Assembly: GCA_026770705.1 (NCBI GenBank)
Contig: JANJGN010000034.1
Span: forward strand, 6,820,001 to 6,884,000
Direction of reading: 5' to 3'
DNA length: 64,000 nt
Origin: Isurus oxyrinchus
Lineage: Eukaryota
In this document: positions 40,001-53,789 of the stretch, one piece after another
Layout: the number at the start of each line of letters is the position of its first letter
Position numbering within the stretch: the stretch's first letter is position 1
Translations under genes and position numbers: made by a program
The notes under the pieces: generated by a model
Databases searched by the model: none
What the model was told of the DNA's origin: nothing
Seen by the model: only the letters and a program-made list of their open reading frames with translations

Positions 40001-43000
40001 TCAAAAGATACTGGATGCAGTGCAGATGGGGTAGCAGTATTTACCAAGTAGAACACTGCAGTCCTCGAGCAATATGATAATGTCCAAAGTAGTTAAGGGT
40101 AGAATCTATTTGGTTATTGCTAAGAAACTATTTTGATAAGATCATTTTGCTGCCTGTCTTCTATAGATCAGCAATGAGCGAGAAAGTTATTGTGGAAAAA
40201 ATGGAAATGGGAACTAAATAGCTGTGCACAGATTACACGTTAGTTACAATGGGTGACCACTAATTTTGAAATAGACATGTATAGTAATAGTTCATAGAAG
40301 AGCATCAGATTCTCGAGCGTGTTCACTAAACTTTCCTGTATTAGCATGCTCGAGTCAAATGAAAAATGGTGCATTGCTGGATCTGGTTGTCGGGAATGAG
40401 GTGGGTTCAGTTAATCAAGTGTCATTAGGAGATCACAACACTGATAAGTATTGGGTTGTTTACCGAATAAAAACTTAAGGACCAATTCAGGGGAAATTAT
40501 TACGATGTACAGGGCCAATTTCTAAACTGTGAGAACGGATATTGGAAAATTTAAATCTATTGTTTGCAGATAAAACAGAAACAGAGCAATGGCTAGTTTT
40601 TTAATAGAATAAAGGGCAAAGTACATTCCCACATTGGAATATATTTGTGAATTAAGGACAAGTAACGCCACATTTTAGGATGCAATTCGTGTTTCCCCGT
40701 TCTGCTTGAATTTTATTTTTGTTCCGTAACGTACAACGTTCATGAGGGGAATAGTGTTGATGTAATGGAAATGCACTTCCAAAATGAATTTAATAACACG
40801 CCACTTAACAGCCATCTGAGAAATAAAGTTAGAGTGCATGAAACAAATTGGCTGTAGCCAGCATGACTAGAAATTGGCTGAGTGAATGAAGCAGGGAGTT
40901 GTGAACAGTTTATAGGCTACAACGTAAAAAAAAAAGCCGATGACCCAAACCTTTGAGCTGCTTGAAAACTATCAGGTGCATGATGATATCATTGGATCGC
41001 GTATATGGAAGCCTGGGGAAAGGGGAGAGAAGCTGCAGGTGAAATTTAATGCAGCGAAGAGGTTCACTTTTTTCAGAAGAAGTCGAAGAAATATAAAATA
41101 ACGGCTAATTTTCAAAACGGGATGCAAGACCGAAGGGGTCAGTGGGTGTATGTACACACAATATTGAATTTGAGAGGCATCCTGTAAAGTTTGTACAGAA
41201 AGCAAAGGGAATTCAACGTTTATAAGCACTGGAAAAGTCTAGCTTTGCCGCATTAGATGTGGCATGGCCACACAAGTTGCATGACGAACTGGTTTTAAAA
41301 TGTTCACATAACTTACCGCTTATTAGCAAGTGGTGGGCCTGCTCCGATTCTCCTGCCAACATTAACATCTGAACTCGCATACCCTCTGTTTATTTTACAT
41401 TGAAGTACATCAATGCCCCTTGGAAAAAAAAGCAGGCCAAATACCCCAACTGGACTGTCTTTGCTTTAAGTCGCAATAGCCCTTTTGCTGAAACATGTGA
41501 TCATGATTAGTAGTTTCTCATAAATCACTGAAAGGAAGCAGAGACACGCAATTATTTTAACTCATATCAGTGTTTCAAACCCCCCTGTCATCTCGGTCCA
41601 CAATTACAGCGGGACGTTCTTCATCATGAAAACTTCACAAAATATTTCCCCTCCTCCAATTCTGGCCAGTGTCAATATTTTCCGTCGCTTAATACTTGGC
41701 GGATTGCCTGCCTCTGCTGGGTCTCTGATCGCTTGTATTCCTTCCATTAACATCTATCCCTCCAGATTTCTCTCGTTAAATCAATCTCTCTTTAAAAAGC
41801 TACGTCTCTCACAGATTAATTGGTCACATAACACATGATTGCTTTGGTGCCTCGGTGTCAATTTGTTCCGCTCGGTTTCCAGTGTACTCGTTTGGCTGTG
41901 ATTTGTATTATGTAGCAGCGCATTTTTATGTAGATTGAGTCATATAAAAGCAAGTTAATGTTGCTTGAATAAAAGCAAAATACCGTATCTGCTGAAAATC
42001 CGAAATAAAAACCAGAGATTGCTGATACAAACCAAAACTCAGCAATCTTGTAGTATCTGTGGAGTTCGAATGGGAATGAAAGCTTCCAATACAACATGCT
42101 CCTTCGGAACTGAAGGGAGGTATAAATCTTGTGTCTATTATGCTGTTGTTAGCGGAAGAAGTAAGTAGAGCCAAAGATGTGTGCATTATGTTGGAGGGCG
42201 GGAATAGATCAACAACGAGCGGGCATGCAACAAAAGCGAAAGGGAGTGTAGAAACAAAACATTCAGCCCGAGTGGTTGTGCATAGTTAAATAATAAATAA
42301 ATCCCATAGTATTTCTAAAATTTAGGGATGAGTTACTATAAATTAAGGATCAGTTCTGAATCAACGGATAGAGGTGAAATTGGTGAAGGTTTGCAGCCAC
42401 ACGGCAATTGGCACAACTATTTATGGAAATAAGCCGTTGTGTACCTCATAAGATGATCTGAATGGAAAAGAATGGTGGGAAAATGGACGATCGGAAAAAG
42501 AAAACTTCCAGCATAGAATGACAGCCACATCAAAATTCAGTGGTGAATATCTCAGGGAAATGGGATAAAGTTGTGAAAGCAGCAAGCAGTTACAATCACC
42601 GAGGTGGACATTGCTTCCAGGTAATGCAACCGCATAATGGAAGATACGCCATGGATTATTATCCGTCCTGGTCAACATCAATTGTCAGCATAAATTGGTG
42701 CATAATTTCATTATGTTTTTGGAACATTGTTGTGCGTATATTGTGTGCCCAATTTTATCATTACAATAGTGAGTGAGATTCGAACTCAATTCATTAACTG
42801 TTAATTATTTTGAGAAACAGACTCTATAAATGTCAGTTAAACCATTCGACCTTAGAACAATGGAAAACACTTATTTTCGCAAAAGTGGAGAGAGTCATGT
42901 GAATTTCGTGAATTCTGTCGAAATAAAATAGTTGCTCTTTCGGTCTTGCAGAACACAATAAATGCCAAGAAACTTTGAAAGATTTAGGTAAGAAAAGCGT

Positions 43001-44200
43001 ACTTTTCAATACCAACCTCTTACAGAGCTAATCGCAAATTAGAGCCGCTAAAAATTAGTGACTAAATGTTCTTCTGTTGCAAATAGAACAGCAACATCCA
43101 AACTTTGTGTAGTGGTCAGGAACACAGGAACTTAAGAGAAGTAGCAGGCCATCCAAGCCATCGAGGCTGCTGTGCCTTCAAGTGAACATGGCGGATAGAC
43201 CAAGTCAAAGCCAGTTTGCCGCTCTATCCCCGTATCCCTTGATGCCATTAATGTCCAGAAATCAATCAATCTCTGTCCTAACCATACTACATGACTGAGC
43301 TTACACAACCCCTGTGGCAGAAAATTCAAAGATTCTCAAACTTATGAGTAAAGAAATATGTTCTCACCTCAATCCTAATTGGCTTTCTTTCTGACTCTCA
43401 AAACATGTCTACTGGCTCCAGATCGTATCTTATCTACCTAGTACCTTAAAAATCCTTTTTTATTAATTAAATCACCTCTCATTCGTTTCCACACTGCAAT
43501 ATCTCTCCTCATAGGACATTCCCGCCATTCCAAGAATTAATCTGGTGAACCTCGGCTGCACTATCTCAATGAGAAGTACATTTTCCCTTTGGAAAGGCGG
43601 CCAAAGCTGTGTACCTTATTGCAGGTGCAACTGAACAAACGTTCCATGCAATTGAAGTATAACATTCCCTTGAGATAAAGAACAACAAACTACTGGCTTT
43701 CCTAATTACACATCGAGCCTGCGTGTCAATTTTCAGTGACGTATGAACAGGGACATCCACAACACATTGGACATCAGCAGTTCCCAATATATCACGACTT
43801 AAAAAAATACTTTGCCCTTCCGTTCCTCGTAACAAAGTGGATAACCTCTCACAACTTCCCACATTATACTATATCTGCTCAATTCTTCCCCACTCACTAA
43901 GCCTGTCTAAATCCTCTGGAATCCTCTTTGTATCCTCCTCTCAACAAAATTCCCACCTAAGTTTATCTCAGCTGAAAATGTGAAAATATTGCAGCCCATA
44001 TCCACATACAGACCACTGATCTCGACTTTGAATAGTCGGGTCCCAAGCATGGATAATCTCAGTACCCCATTAGTCGCAACATCCAACATGAAAGTTACTC
44101 ATTTATTCTTTCTCTTTGTTTTCTGTCCGTTAATAAATCCATATTGCATGCAAAATTGTTACTCACCTATCTCTTGGTATCTGATTTTGCTTACTTTCCT
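37020..44200 (+). repeat. Tandem segmental duplication unit 3 (more diverged, lacks the micro-exons)
   Basis: Same order of CR1(+)/SINE, DNA element, L2, Penelope-associated repeat and CR1(-); junction at ~37225 skips the segment holding the 36-nt exon. Confidence 0.8.
37300..39230 (+). mobile_element. CR1 LINE RT fragment (unit 3 copy)
   Basis: atatacttggatttcttagaggcagtcaatgacgcaccacac ~ IYLDFxKAFDKVPH relic. Confidence 0.7.
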
Positions 44201-45479
44201 GGGTCGGGAATCTGAAAATCCAAAATTACCGCAGTCATGGTCTCCCGCCTTTAGAATAGAATATAATGCTTTATGTTTCACGGCAGAATACTGCCTTCGC
44301 TCTTTTCTCTCTCCCTCCCTTCTTAAATAGTGCACTTATATTTGCAACTTACCAAACTGAAGGAACTATTCCATAAATTAGACAATTTTAATTGATGATC
44401 AGGTAGGCATCCGATTTCTAGAAATCCACCTGTTTTAACGTTCAGTGATGTCGATCATCCATCAAGGGGGTATTTATAATCTTCCTCTCACATTGACTTC
44501 TACAGTGCTATTTTTTTTTCGAATGCTGACGTTTTTCACATCCTCATTCCCACATGTTTCTTGCCCTTCTGTTATTTCCAGAATGTTTTTTGCATCATCC
44601 TCCAGGAAGGCAGACACCAATAAATAATTTAGCTTCGCTGTCATTTCCCTATTCTTCCTTTTAAATTCTCCTCAGTCAACGTCTAAACTATACACATTTT
44701 TCGAGGAAGATCTTTATTTTTTTTTACATACCCCTAGAAGGTTTTGCTGTCCGTGTTTATCTTTCTTGCTCGTTAATATTCATATTGAATTCTAAAATTC
44801 TTTATCGGTTTCTTGGTCCCCCTTCTCGGTATTCTAAAATTCTCCCAAACCTCAGTTTTACTACATTTTTTGGAACATTTGTAAACACCCTCTTTTGACC
44901 TAATGCATTTTCGCATTCCATCGTGACAGCTGTTTAATCACTTTGACTGCTGCTTTTTTTGTGCCATAATGGAATTTAAATTTGTTCCAAAACAAAGAAT
45001 AGCCTCTCTACTGCCATATCTTTAAATGTATTTCCCAATCTAATAGTCATTCTCCCACCCCCACCCCCATAATTTCATTGCTTCATTTAAATAGATTTAA
45101 GACTCTAGCTTTCGATTTAATGTGCATCGTTTTCAAATGTAAGTTAAATGCCATCATGTTAATTTTATGTTTTCCTAAAGGGTCCTCGAAAACATATTTC
45201 AATTATTCATTTCTCGATGCATAATACTAGAGCTAAAAAAGTCTATACCTCCGGTGGCTCATCGAAAGTAAACCATCTCATGAGTATCCTAATATTCCAT
45301 TTCCAAAGCATAAGTGCTTATTAGATTCGTCAGTGCCAACTGTATTTATAAATTGGTTGCTGTCGAAACGGCAGTAGCTGGGCATCTGTTGTCTTCATGT
45401 ACAATTCTTTGGTTGAATACAACCGACAATCCATCATGGAGTCTGAAAAAGCCCATTCCATGAATTTTGATTCGCAGAC

Positions 45480-47650
45480 AAGTCTTTTATGTCCATGGTA
45501 ATAAAGCACAGGAATATCCAATGGGCACGACATTTCGCCTGAAGCTCGCTCCCAGATGACATGGTATTAACTGTAATTATTTGCATTCCATACAATCGTG
45601 GGTAGTAAATTTTATATAACATACTGGTCACAATTTTAAAATGGCAAAGATTGGCAAGGAAATTTCCTGCTGTCTACCATCTACTGGCAGTCCCACTCTA
45701 CCTCACCCGCCCTCCGCCACCGCCCAGTGACATCTGAGCTGAGGGCTCAGTGCTTTTCCATTATGAGCAGCAGTTGGAAGAAGCACGTGGAGAGGCAAAT
45801 GGACCAAAAGCTCTGCTGGGGAACTTTGTTGTCCGTCACCAATTATAGCATGATTGGAAGCATACTTCCTTAACTGGCTGACTCTTAAGATATGCTGCCA
45901 GACTGGGGATGTTGCAAATACTGAGACAAACAATAAAAGGGAAAACCCTATTTGACCTTGCCTTCACTGATCTGCATACTACAGATGCATCTGTCCCAGA
46001 TTTTCTAAAAGGGACCACGGTAGACAAAGTTGTTCCTTCCTTTTCAGGAAGCCCTCCATCGTATTTTGTGATACTACTTGCTGAATGGCATTGATTCACC
46101 AGATATTGCAACTCTAAGTTGCACATCCATGAGGTGTGATGGGCCATCCACAACAGGGAAATTGTGGACAATATCAACCTGTAGGCTTATGGACCCCTCT
46201 CTATCATTATTAACAAAACACGAGAGCAAGCCTGGTGCAATGAAGACATCAGGAACGAATACCAGGGTCATTGTAACTAAAATGACGTGTCATCCTGGTG
46301 AAACTGCAACATTGGACTGGCTGCAAAGCAGACTCAGAAAACAGGAAGCACTAGCCAGAGCTAAATGATTACACTGCCAAAGGATGAGGTCTAAGCCCAG
46401 CAACCATAACACATCCAGTCGTGAATGCTACTGGGAAATTTAACAATTCACTGGATTAGGATGTTCCACGAATATCGTCATCCTCAATGCTGAGGTGCCG
46501 ATCCCTTAAGAGCAGTGGATGAGTTTGAATAATTTGCAACAATCTTCAGCCAGAAGCACCGAGTAGATGATCCACTTTGGCCACCTCAAGAGTTCCCCAG
46601 CATTACAGGTGCCAGTCAGCAGCCAATTCGGTTCACTCCAAAAGATATCAAGAAGCAGCTGAAGATACATCATAAGTAAAATTGCTTTGGGGCCTCGCAA
46701 CATCCTGACAATATTTCTGAAGACTTGCTCTCCAGAAGTTCCCATGCCCCTAGCCAAGATGTCCAAATGCAGCTATAAGATTTATATTTACGTCACATTG
46801 TGGACAACTGTCCAGTTATGTCCTGGAGACAGAAACCAGGGAAAATCCAAACCGTTCCATCAGTCTACTCTCGATCGTCAGGAAAATGATGGAACCGTTC
46901 ATCAACAGTGTTAACAGGCGCCATTTGTTTAACAATCAGGTTCCCTTTAGAAGCTCAGCTTGCGTTCCGCCAGAACCTCTCAGCTCCTGGCCTCATTGCA
47001 GCTTTCGTTCATACATGGCCAAAGGAGCGGAATACCAGAGGTGAGGAGAGATTGACAGTAATTGACATCAAGGCAACATTTGACCAAGTGTAGCAGCACA
47101 GAGCCCTGGCAGACCGCAGTCAATTGAGATCAGGGTCAAATGTCTACATTGGTTGGGATCGCATCTAACACAGAATAAGATGGCTGGAGATCAATAATCA
47201 CAGTTGAATGACACCACTGCAAGAATTCCAGAGACTAGCGCTCTCGGTCCAATAATTTTTAGCTTCCATCATAACATCAGAGGTGCAGATGCTCACTGTT
47301 GTTTGCTCAACCTTCAGCATCATTCACGACTCCTCAGAAATTGAAGCAACAGATAACCAAAAGCACCAAGACTTGGATAATATCGAAGCTTGACCTGAAA
47401 GTAGCAATGTAATATCGTGCCACACAATTGTGAGGCACTGACCAGCAAGGACAAGCAATGGGCAATAAATGCTGGCAAAGCTAGCGAAATCCACATGCCT
47501 TGAATGAACAAAAAGTAACTACAACAACAAAGAATCTAATCCTCTCCACGAAGAATTGATTGACATGCCTATCCCTGAATCCCTCAATATCGAGATGCTG
47601 AGGATAACTGTTGGCCAGAACTTGACCTGGACTGGCCAAAAGTTATTCAC
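45480..47650 (+). mobile_element. Decayed LINE of the same family as 18090-20200
   Basis: GKTLFDLAFTD (APE C-terminal), LTVIDIKATFDQV (RT). Confidence 0.75.
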
Positions 47651-47761
47651 GGAAGCATCACTACATCCTCCTCAATCCTCATCCTCCCATGCAGCTTTGG
47701 GGTTCCAGCGATGCTAATTGCATTGAATGTAAAGGGACGAAGATTGGAATCTCTAACTCAA

Positions 47762-47858
47762 ACACACAATTACCTCGAAAAATTCATTAGGTCTGGCAGC
47801 ATCGGAGGAGAAGAAAAGAGTTGACGTTTTGAGTCCTCATGACCCTTCAACAGAACGG
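47762..47858 (+). repeat. Short, well-preserved shark Penelope-associated terminal repeat
   Basis: aggtctggcagcatcggaggagaagaaaagagttgacgttttgagtcctcatgacccttcaacagaac; longer copy at 56810-57180. Confidence 0.7.
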
Positions 47859-47861
47859 GAA

Positions 47862-48505
47862 TTGGAATCTCTGTTGTTTTGGTGGTCATTGTCTGGCACC
47901 TTTGTAGCATGTATGTTACTGCTCGCTTGTTATTCCAAGTCTGGAGATTGTTCAGGCATGGCTGGCAATATTTGGGCATGGACTGTGCGAGGAGTGGCCA
48001 ATGGTGCTGATTTATTGTGCAATAATCAGCGGCCATTCCCATGTCTGACATTATGATGGAAGGAAGGTCATTGATGAAGCAGCTGAAGATAGTTGGGTTT
48101 CGGGGCCTACTCTGCGGAAGTCATGGATGGATGTTCTGTAAGTGTGATGATTGTTTACAACAAGCATAACCATTATCCTTTGTGCCAGGTATGACACCAG
48201 CCAGAGGGGAGTTTCCACCTGATTCCCATTGACTCCAGCTTTGCTAGGGCTCCCTGATGCCACATTCGGTCAGGTGCTGCCTTCGTGTCAAGCTAAGTTA
48301 TGCTAACCTTACCTCTGAATTTCAGCTCGTTTGTCCAGGCTTGAACCAAGCTTGTCATGAGGTCAGGAACTGAGTATCCCTGGCAGAACGCAAACTGAGT
48401 ATCAATGAGCAGATTATTGCTAAACAAGTGTCAGTTGATAGCAATATTGTTCACACTATCCATCCCATTACTGATGACTGTGAGTGGACTGATTGGGCAG
48501 TAATT
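47862..48505 (-). mobile_element. LINE RT fragment, reverse orientation
   Basis: Reverse strand reads gacacgaaggcagcacctgaccgaatgtggcatcaggga ~ DIKAAFDRVWHQG. Confidence 0.75.
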
Positions 48506-48509
48506 GCCA

Positions 48510-49665
48510 ACAAGGCAACATTTTATGGATGTAGCATTAAGGAGCGGGAGCGAAACGTAACTCAGTGGGAAACGTGGTAAAGCTCTCCACTGGTTGTAGG
48601 TATTCCAAGCACAAAGGAAAATGGTTGTTGTTACTGGAGCTCCATTATCTCAGCCCCACTGCATCGCTGCAGGAATAACTCAGTGTAGTCTGTTAGGTCC
48701 AAAGATATTCAACTGCTGCATCAATGACTTTTGCTCCATCGTAAATTCAAAAGTGGGGATTTCCGATGATGATTGCACAACTTTAGAGACATTCTGCTGC
48801 CTCGCAGATGCTGGAGTACTACCTATCCATATCCAAAATGACAAGGACGATACTGAGACTTGATTTGTTAAGAGTCAAATAACTATCACGTCACACAAGT
48901 GCAAAGCAATGATGATCTCCTTTAGGAGGGAATCCAATCTTTTCCTTTTGATTGTTAATGGCATTAGGATCTCTGAATGTCCCATCATCAATATGCCGGG
49001 TTATAGATTTGGCACTGAAATAAACTGGACAAGCCATAAAATATGGTAGGTACTTGTCCAGGTGAGAGACTAGGAATTCTGTGGCGTGAAACCAACATAC
49101 TGACTTTCTAAAGCCTGACCATCATCTACAAGGCAGAAGCAATTACTGTTATGGTGGACTCGGCAATTGCCTGGGTGAGTGCAGATCCAACAACACTCAA
49201 GAATCTCAGCATCATCCACTACAAAACAGCCCACTTGACTGGCATCCTATTCACCCACAAACAACATTCACAACCTCTGTAGCTGATACACAGCGACAGC
49301 CGTACGCACCATCTACTGGATGCCCGGCAGCAACACACCAAGCCCTTTTCGACAGCACCTCCGAAATCCCCAAACTCTCCGACTTAGAAAAACAGGGACA
49401 ATAGATGCTTGGGGAAACAATCAGTTGCAAATTTCCCTCCATTTTACTTGCCATGCTGACTTGCAGCTATTCCACGGTTCCTTCATTGTTACCCTGTCCA
49501 AATATTGGATATGCCTTTCTAATAGCATTATAGTACAGTCATAGCTATACCTCATGGGCTATAATTGTTTTAGAGGTTGGATTACCACCCCGTTATCGAC
49601 GGCAATTACGGAAAGGCAAAAAATGCTGACTCAGCCAAAGATGGCCATATCATGCAAAATGAATA
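48510..49665 (+). mobile_element. LINE RT to 3' tail, same family
   Basis: AGITQCSLLGPKIFNCCINDF…GISDDDCT (GVPQGSVLGP…FADD relic); 3' tail at ~49600-49665. Confidence 0.8.
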
Positions 49666-49699
49666 TTAGTCGACATCGAAATTAATTTTGTGCAGATGG

Positions 49700-52600
49700 A
49701 AAGCAATTTACATTCATAACAGCATGTCATCCGCCCGTCCAGTGCCTAGCAGGAGATTGAGTCTTGCACGAAGCTTCCAGGTGTTTATTTGTATCCCCAT
49801 TGCACTTTCCCCACATTTGTTTCCAGTAGTCATTTTGCTCTCAGCTAATTCGGAACAGCTTTTCATTGTCTACCTTATCTGAATAATTTCTGATCACGTT
49901 CATCGCTGTCAATTCCCAGCATAATTTCGATCACTCCCTAGAGAACTGGTACACGATATCCAACCTAACAATTGACCAAAAATACCTCAGCATTTGAACC
50001 GATCCTATAAATTAGATTTGCATCCTCTCAAAGTCACTTCTGTCTTTCTGAAATCCTGGTGAGTAGATCTGGACGAAAACAGCCAGTTGTGCTATAATCA
50101 GAGATTTATACCGATTCAGCATAACGTTCCAATTTTTGCACTCAATAAATATGTTGAGGAATCTCAACATAGCATATGAATTGCACACTTGTTCTCAATT
50201 GTTCTTCCACTTCCAAAGTTCTACCCACAGTAACACCTCGGCATCTCTGTGAGGTGAACTTTTTGCAGAGTTTAATTTCGCTTCCTTACAGATCTCTCAC
50301 CCTATTTTATTTGTCAAAGCGCTTCACATCAGGCATCCCAACATTACATTATCCCTGCCACGTCTCTTCTCATTATGATAGCCTATCTATGTTCAGTTAT
50401 CAGTTTTTCGACACTAACCTCACATTTGACAACATAAATAGGTTTGAAACATTGGCGAATCTTAAAATTAGAAATTATATTGTTAGATTCTGCATAATTA
50501 TATATTACAGAAACTAACCCTAGCTTTGAAAGCAGAATGACACAATCACGAACCCTCCATTTGAAAAAAAAATACCTGTTGGTCCATCTCTCTGCATCCT
50601 AATGTTTAATGACATTTATAAAAACTGACAGTGGCCCTCCTATCTCAAAGGAATATGTTTGCACTAACCATCCTTTTATATGGTAATTAGGCAATTGTCT
50701 TCTTAATTTCTAAATAGACACCGTCTTTCTATTCAATTACGCTCTTTGCGATGCATAATCTGAAAGAAGCAGTACCAGGCTGATGCAAATTTCATCTGGC
50801 TCTCCTTAATTCACTCAAACCACGTCAAGTGCCTACAGAATTTTTTTTTTTTCTCTTTAGCGTATGTTAACTGTAGGTCACGGACGCCAAATTGAACAGG
50901 CTGTAGTTGCTGCACATGACGTTACAGACTCAAAGGGTGCCACATCTCCCTCTCTCCTTCCCTCTGGAATGTGTCTTACTTCTCGAGAGGACTGGGTGGT
51001 TATTACAAGCCATTCAATTTAATGCATTTGCACAACCAGACAGTATAAACCTGATGAAATATCAACTCTAAATATTTTTAGTTGATATTGCCCATTAATC
51101 CCCTCCTGCACTCCAGCTATTATCCCTGATATCTCCACTATATCCAGCAGTCTGTGTTCATCTTCTTACTTCACCAACACCGCTGCAAATTATTCAGCAG
51201 ACTCCCTGGCTTTGTCCTAAAAGAATCACCTTTATTCCACTTTTACGGGTAGTGTGACATGCACCTTGCACCATACCCTTTTTGGAAAATCTTGTTTTCT
51301 ATCTCCAACCTCAAGCAAAAGTCTCTGGCTTTATTTTTCTAGATTATGCATTGTTTCTTTATAGTGTTTTGGTGTCAATCTTTAGGACTTGTTTCAGTGA
51401 CGAAATCGCCTAATCCCTTAGAAATTAGCTCTTTTCCAACTTTAAAATTTAGTTTAGGTTACACGTGGCTCTCCTGTGTTGCAGTCCTTTGGAAGCACAA
51501 TGTAGCACTTTTTACTTGGTGCCTTCCCTCACGCAATTGGGGCAGATTTCTCAAAAATCCTGAATAAATCCCACTTGCAGCATGCCTCCAGCCACAGAAT
51601 GAACCTCCCTAACTTTCTGTTTATACTCTCAGTGTAGCTTGGCCTAGTGTATTCCTAGGATGTGTATTTTACGTCTTTTTCTCAGTCTGGAAGATGAGAC
51701 ACAAAGGGGCAGCCATTGCTATTCCAATTCCAGCAATGGTGGAGACTATTTTTAAACATTGTTACTATAATTTATTTTTTCTGAGCCAACTCCAATACGC
51801 TTTACCTGGCGGCTTTGGAAATTTATTCGTGTCCATCAATCCAATCAATGCATTTATTCCTCTTGAAAATCCCAGTATTATAACTGACTATCTTGTAACC
51901 GAAGTCGAATTAAAACCCTTATTTTGAAACCTTACAATTCATTCTTTTCAGGCTAGATACCATATGCAAACATAATAACTCACAAAAAAGAGGAGCACGA
52001 GAATATCCACAGCTCTTCTGTGCAGAGAATTCCAAAGTTTCATGACTTTTCGAGTGAAGTTATTTCTCCTCCTTGCATTGCGACATTTTCATCCCCATAT
52101 CCTGAGACCTTTCCACCGTGTTATAGATTTTCTTACCTGCCTAGCATGTAAAGAACGCTCAGCATTTTATAACTTTCGAATATACCTTTTCTCATTCTTC
52201 TAAATTACAGAAAGTATTGGCCTCAATAACTGAACCCTTCAACATGGGACATTGCCATCAAACGTGGAACCAGTTATATGAACCTTCCCTCTAAAAAGCT
52301 CATGTATCCTTCCCAAAGTGTGGAGATGCATACGAGAGGATGCATTCCAGATATAGCCTCAGCAATGATCTGTAAGATTTTAAAGAGACCCGTTTATCAT
52401 AGCACTTCCGTCCGCTTGCATTAAAAGACAATAAGCGATTTTTTTTTCGTAATTGTTTACTGTATGTGCATAACAACTTGTTGCATTCAGTGTTAACACG
52501 CCCATTTCCTTCTAAGTATCAACATTTACAATTATCACAAAATTTAAAAATAGGCTTTTAATTTTCAGTTCTTACAACAACAGTGAATATTTTGCAAGCA

Positions 52601-53420
52601 CCACATTATATTCCATCTACCACCTTGCTGCCGACACATTTAACCTTGCCATAGCTTTTTGGAAACATCTTTTGTCCACACCAATTACTTGTAATGTCCC
52701 TACATTTGTATCATAAGCATACTTGAGCACATTTATATCTTTCCATTAGCCTAATCATTAATATAGAACATAAATAGGTAAAGTCGCAGCCAATGTCTTT
52801 ATGGCATTCCCCCATCAAAGCCTGTCAGACTGAAAATACCCTGTTTTGCAATTCGATTCGTTCTGAAAGTAACCAATGCTCCATCCATACCAAGATTTTA
52901 TCTCCAACTCCATGAGTCCTTCCCTTTACTATTAACAATTTGCATATCCTTATGTTTGAATTGCTTTTGGCCATCCAGGTATACAATGTCAACTTGTTCC
53001 CCAATCAAGATTTTAAGTTTCCTGCTTTCTCTTTCACTTCTTTCTTGAAAAGCAGCGTTCATTTGCCAATTGTCTAATGAGACGCTCCAAAATTTAACTG
53101 CTTTTGGAAAATTATTGCAGTCTCTATCTCTGCAGCCATCACTTTTAACAATCCTAGAGTATAGATTAACTTGCCCCAGGTATGTGTCGTATTTTAGTCC
53201 TTAAATGTATTTATTGTTTCTCTCTTCTGATTTTAACTGCATTAATTGGATCACACTTGTTAGCACCGAGCTTTCCCTCGTTTACTGCTTTGCAATTTGT
53301 GTGATCTAACGTTGTAACAGAAACAAAACATTTAACTAATGCCTCTGCCATTTCCACATTGTGCATAATAATTTCCTCTGACTCTCTGCTGTTATTTTCA
53401 AGCTAATAATGATCTTCTTT
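49700..53420 (-). mobile_element. Decayed CR1-type LINE fragments
   Basis: Reverse-strand CR1 3' end and RT similarity (e.g. 52020-53400). Confidence 0.55.
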
Positions 53421-53789
53421 TCGTCCAATATAACCCTAAACTTCATGGGAATTCTTTTTTGGACATATGTGCCTTTGGGCAGCACCCTCTGTGACTGAGC
53501 AGCACTCGTCAGAATTCAATCTGCTAACTGAAATGTGGAGAGGTCAATATAAGGTTCCATGACAATAGATTTTGTCTGTTGCTTTGGGCTAGTGAGCCAT
53601 AGCTTTCGAAACCTCCATCTTTATGGTCCAAAAAAACCTTTAAAGTTTGAATTTAAAAACACTGAAAGTCAATATCGGGACTGGTAATCCGGAACGAGGA
53701 ACTGCATTGAAAACACATGACCTGTCATGAACCCAGACGGACATCACTCCCTCCAATCTAAACCGTTGCCTTGAGGCGTGCTAATGATG

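Noticed and set aside
51952-51980. Acceptor-like ttcttttcag before exon H
   Set aside because: Immediate in-frame TAG in phase 1 and no donor.
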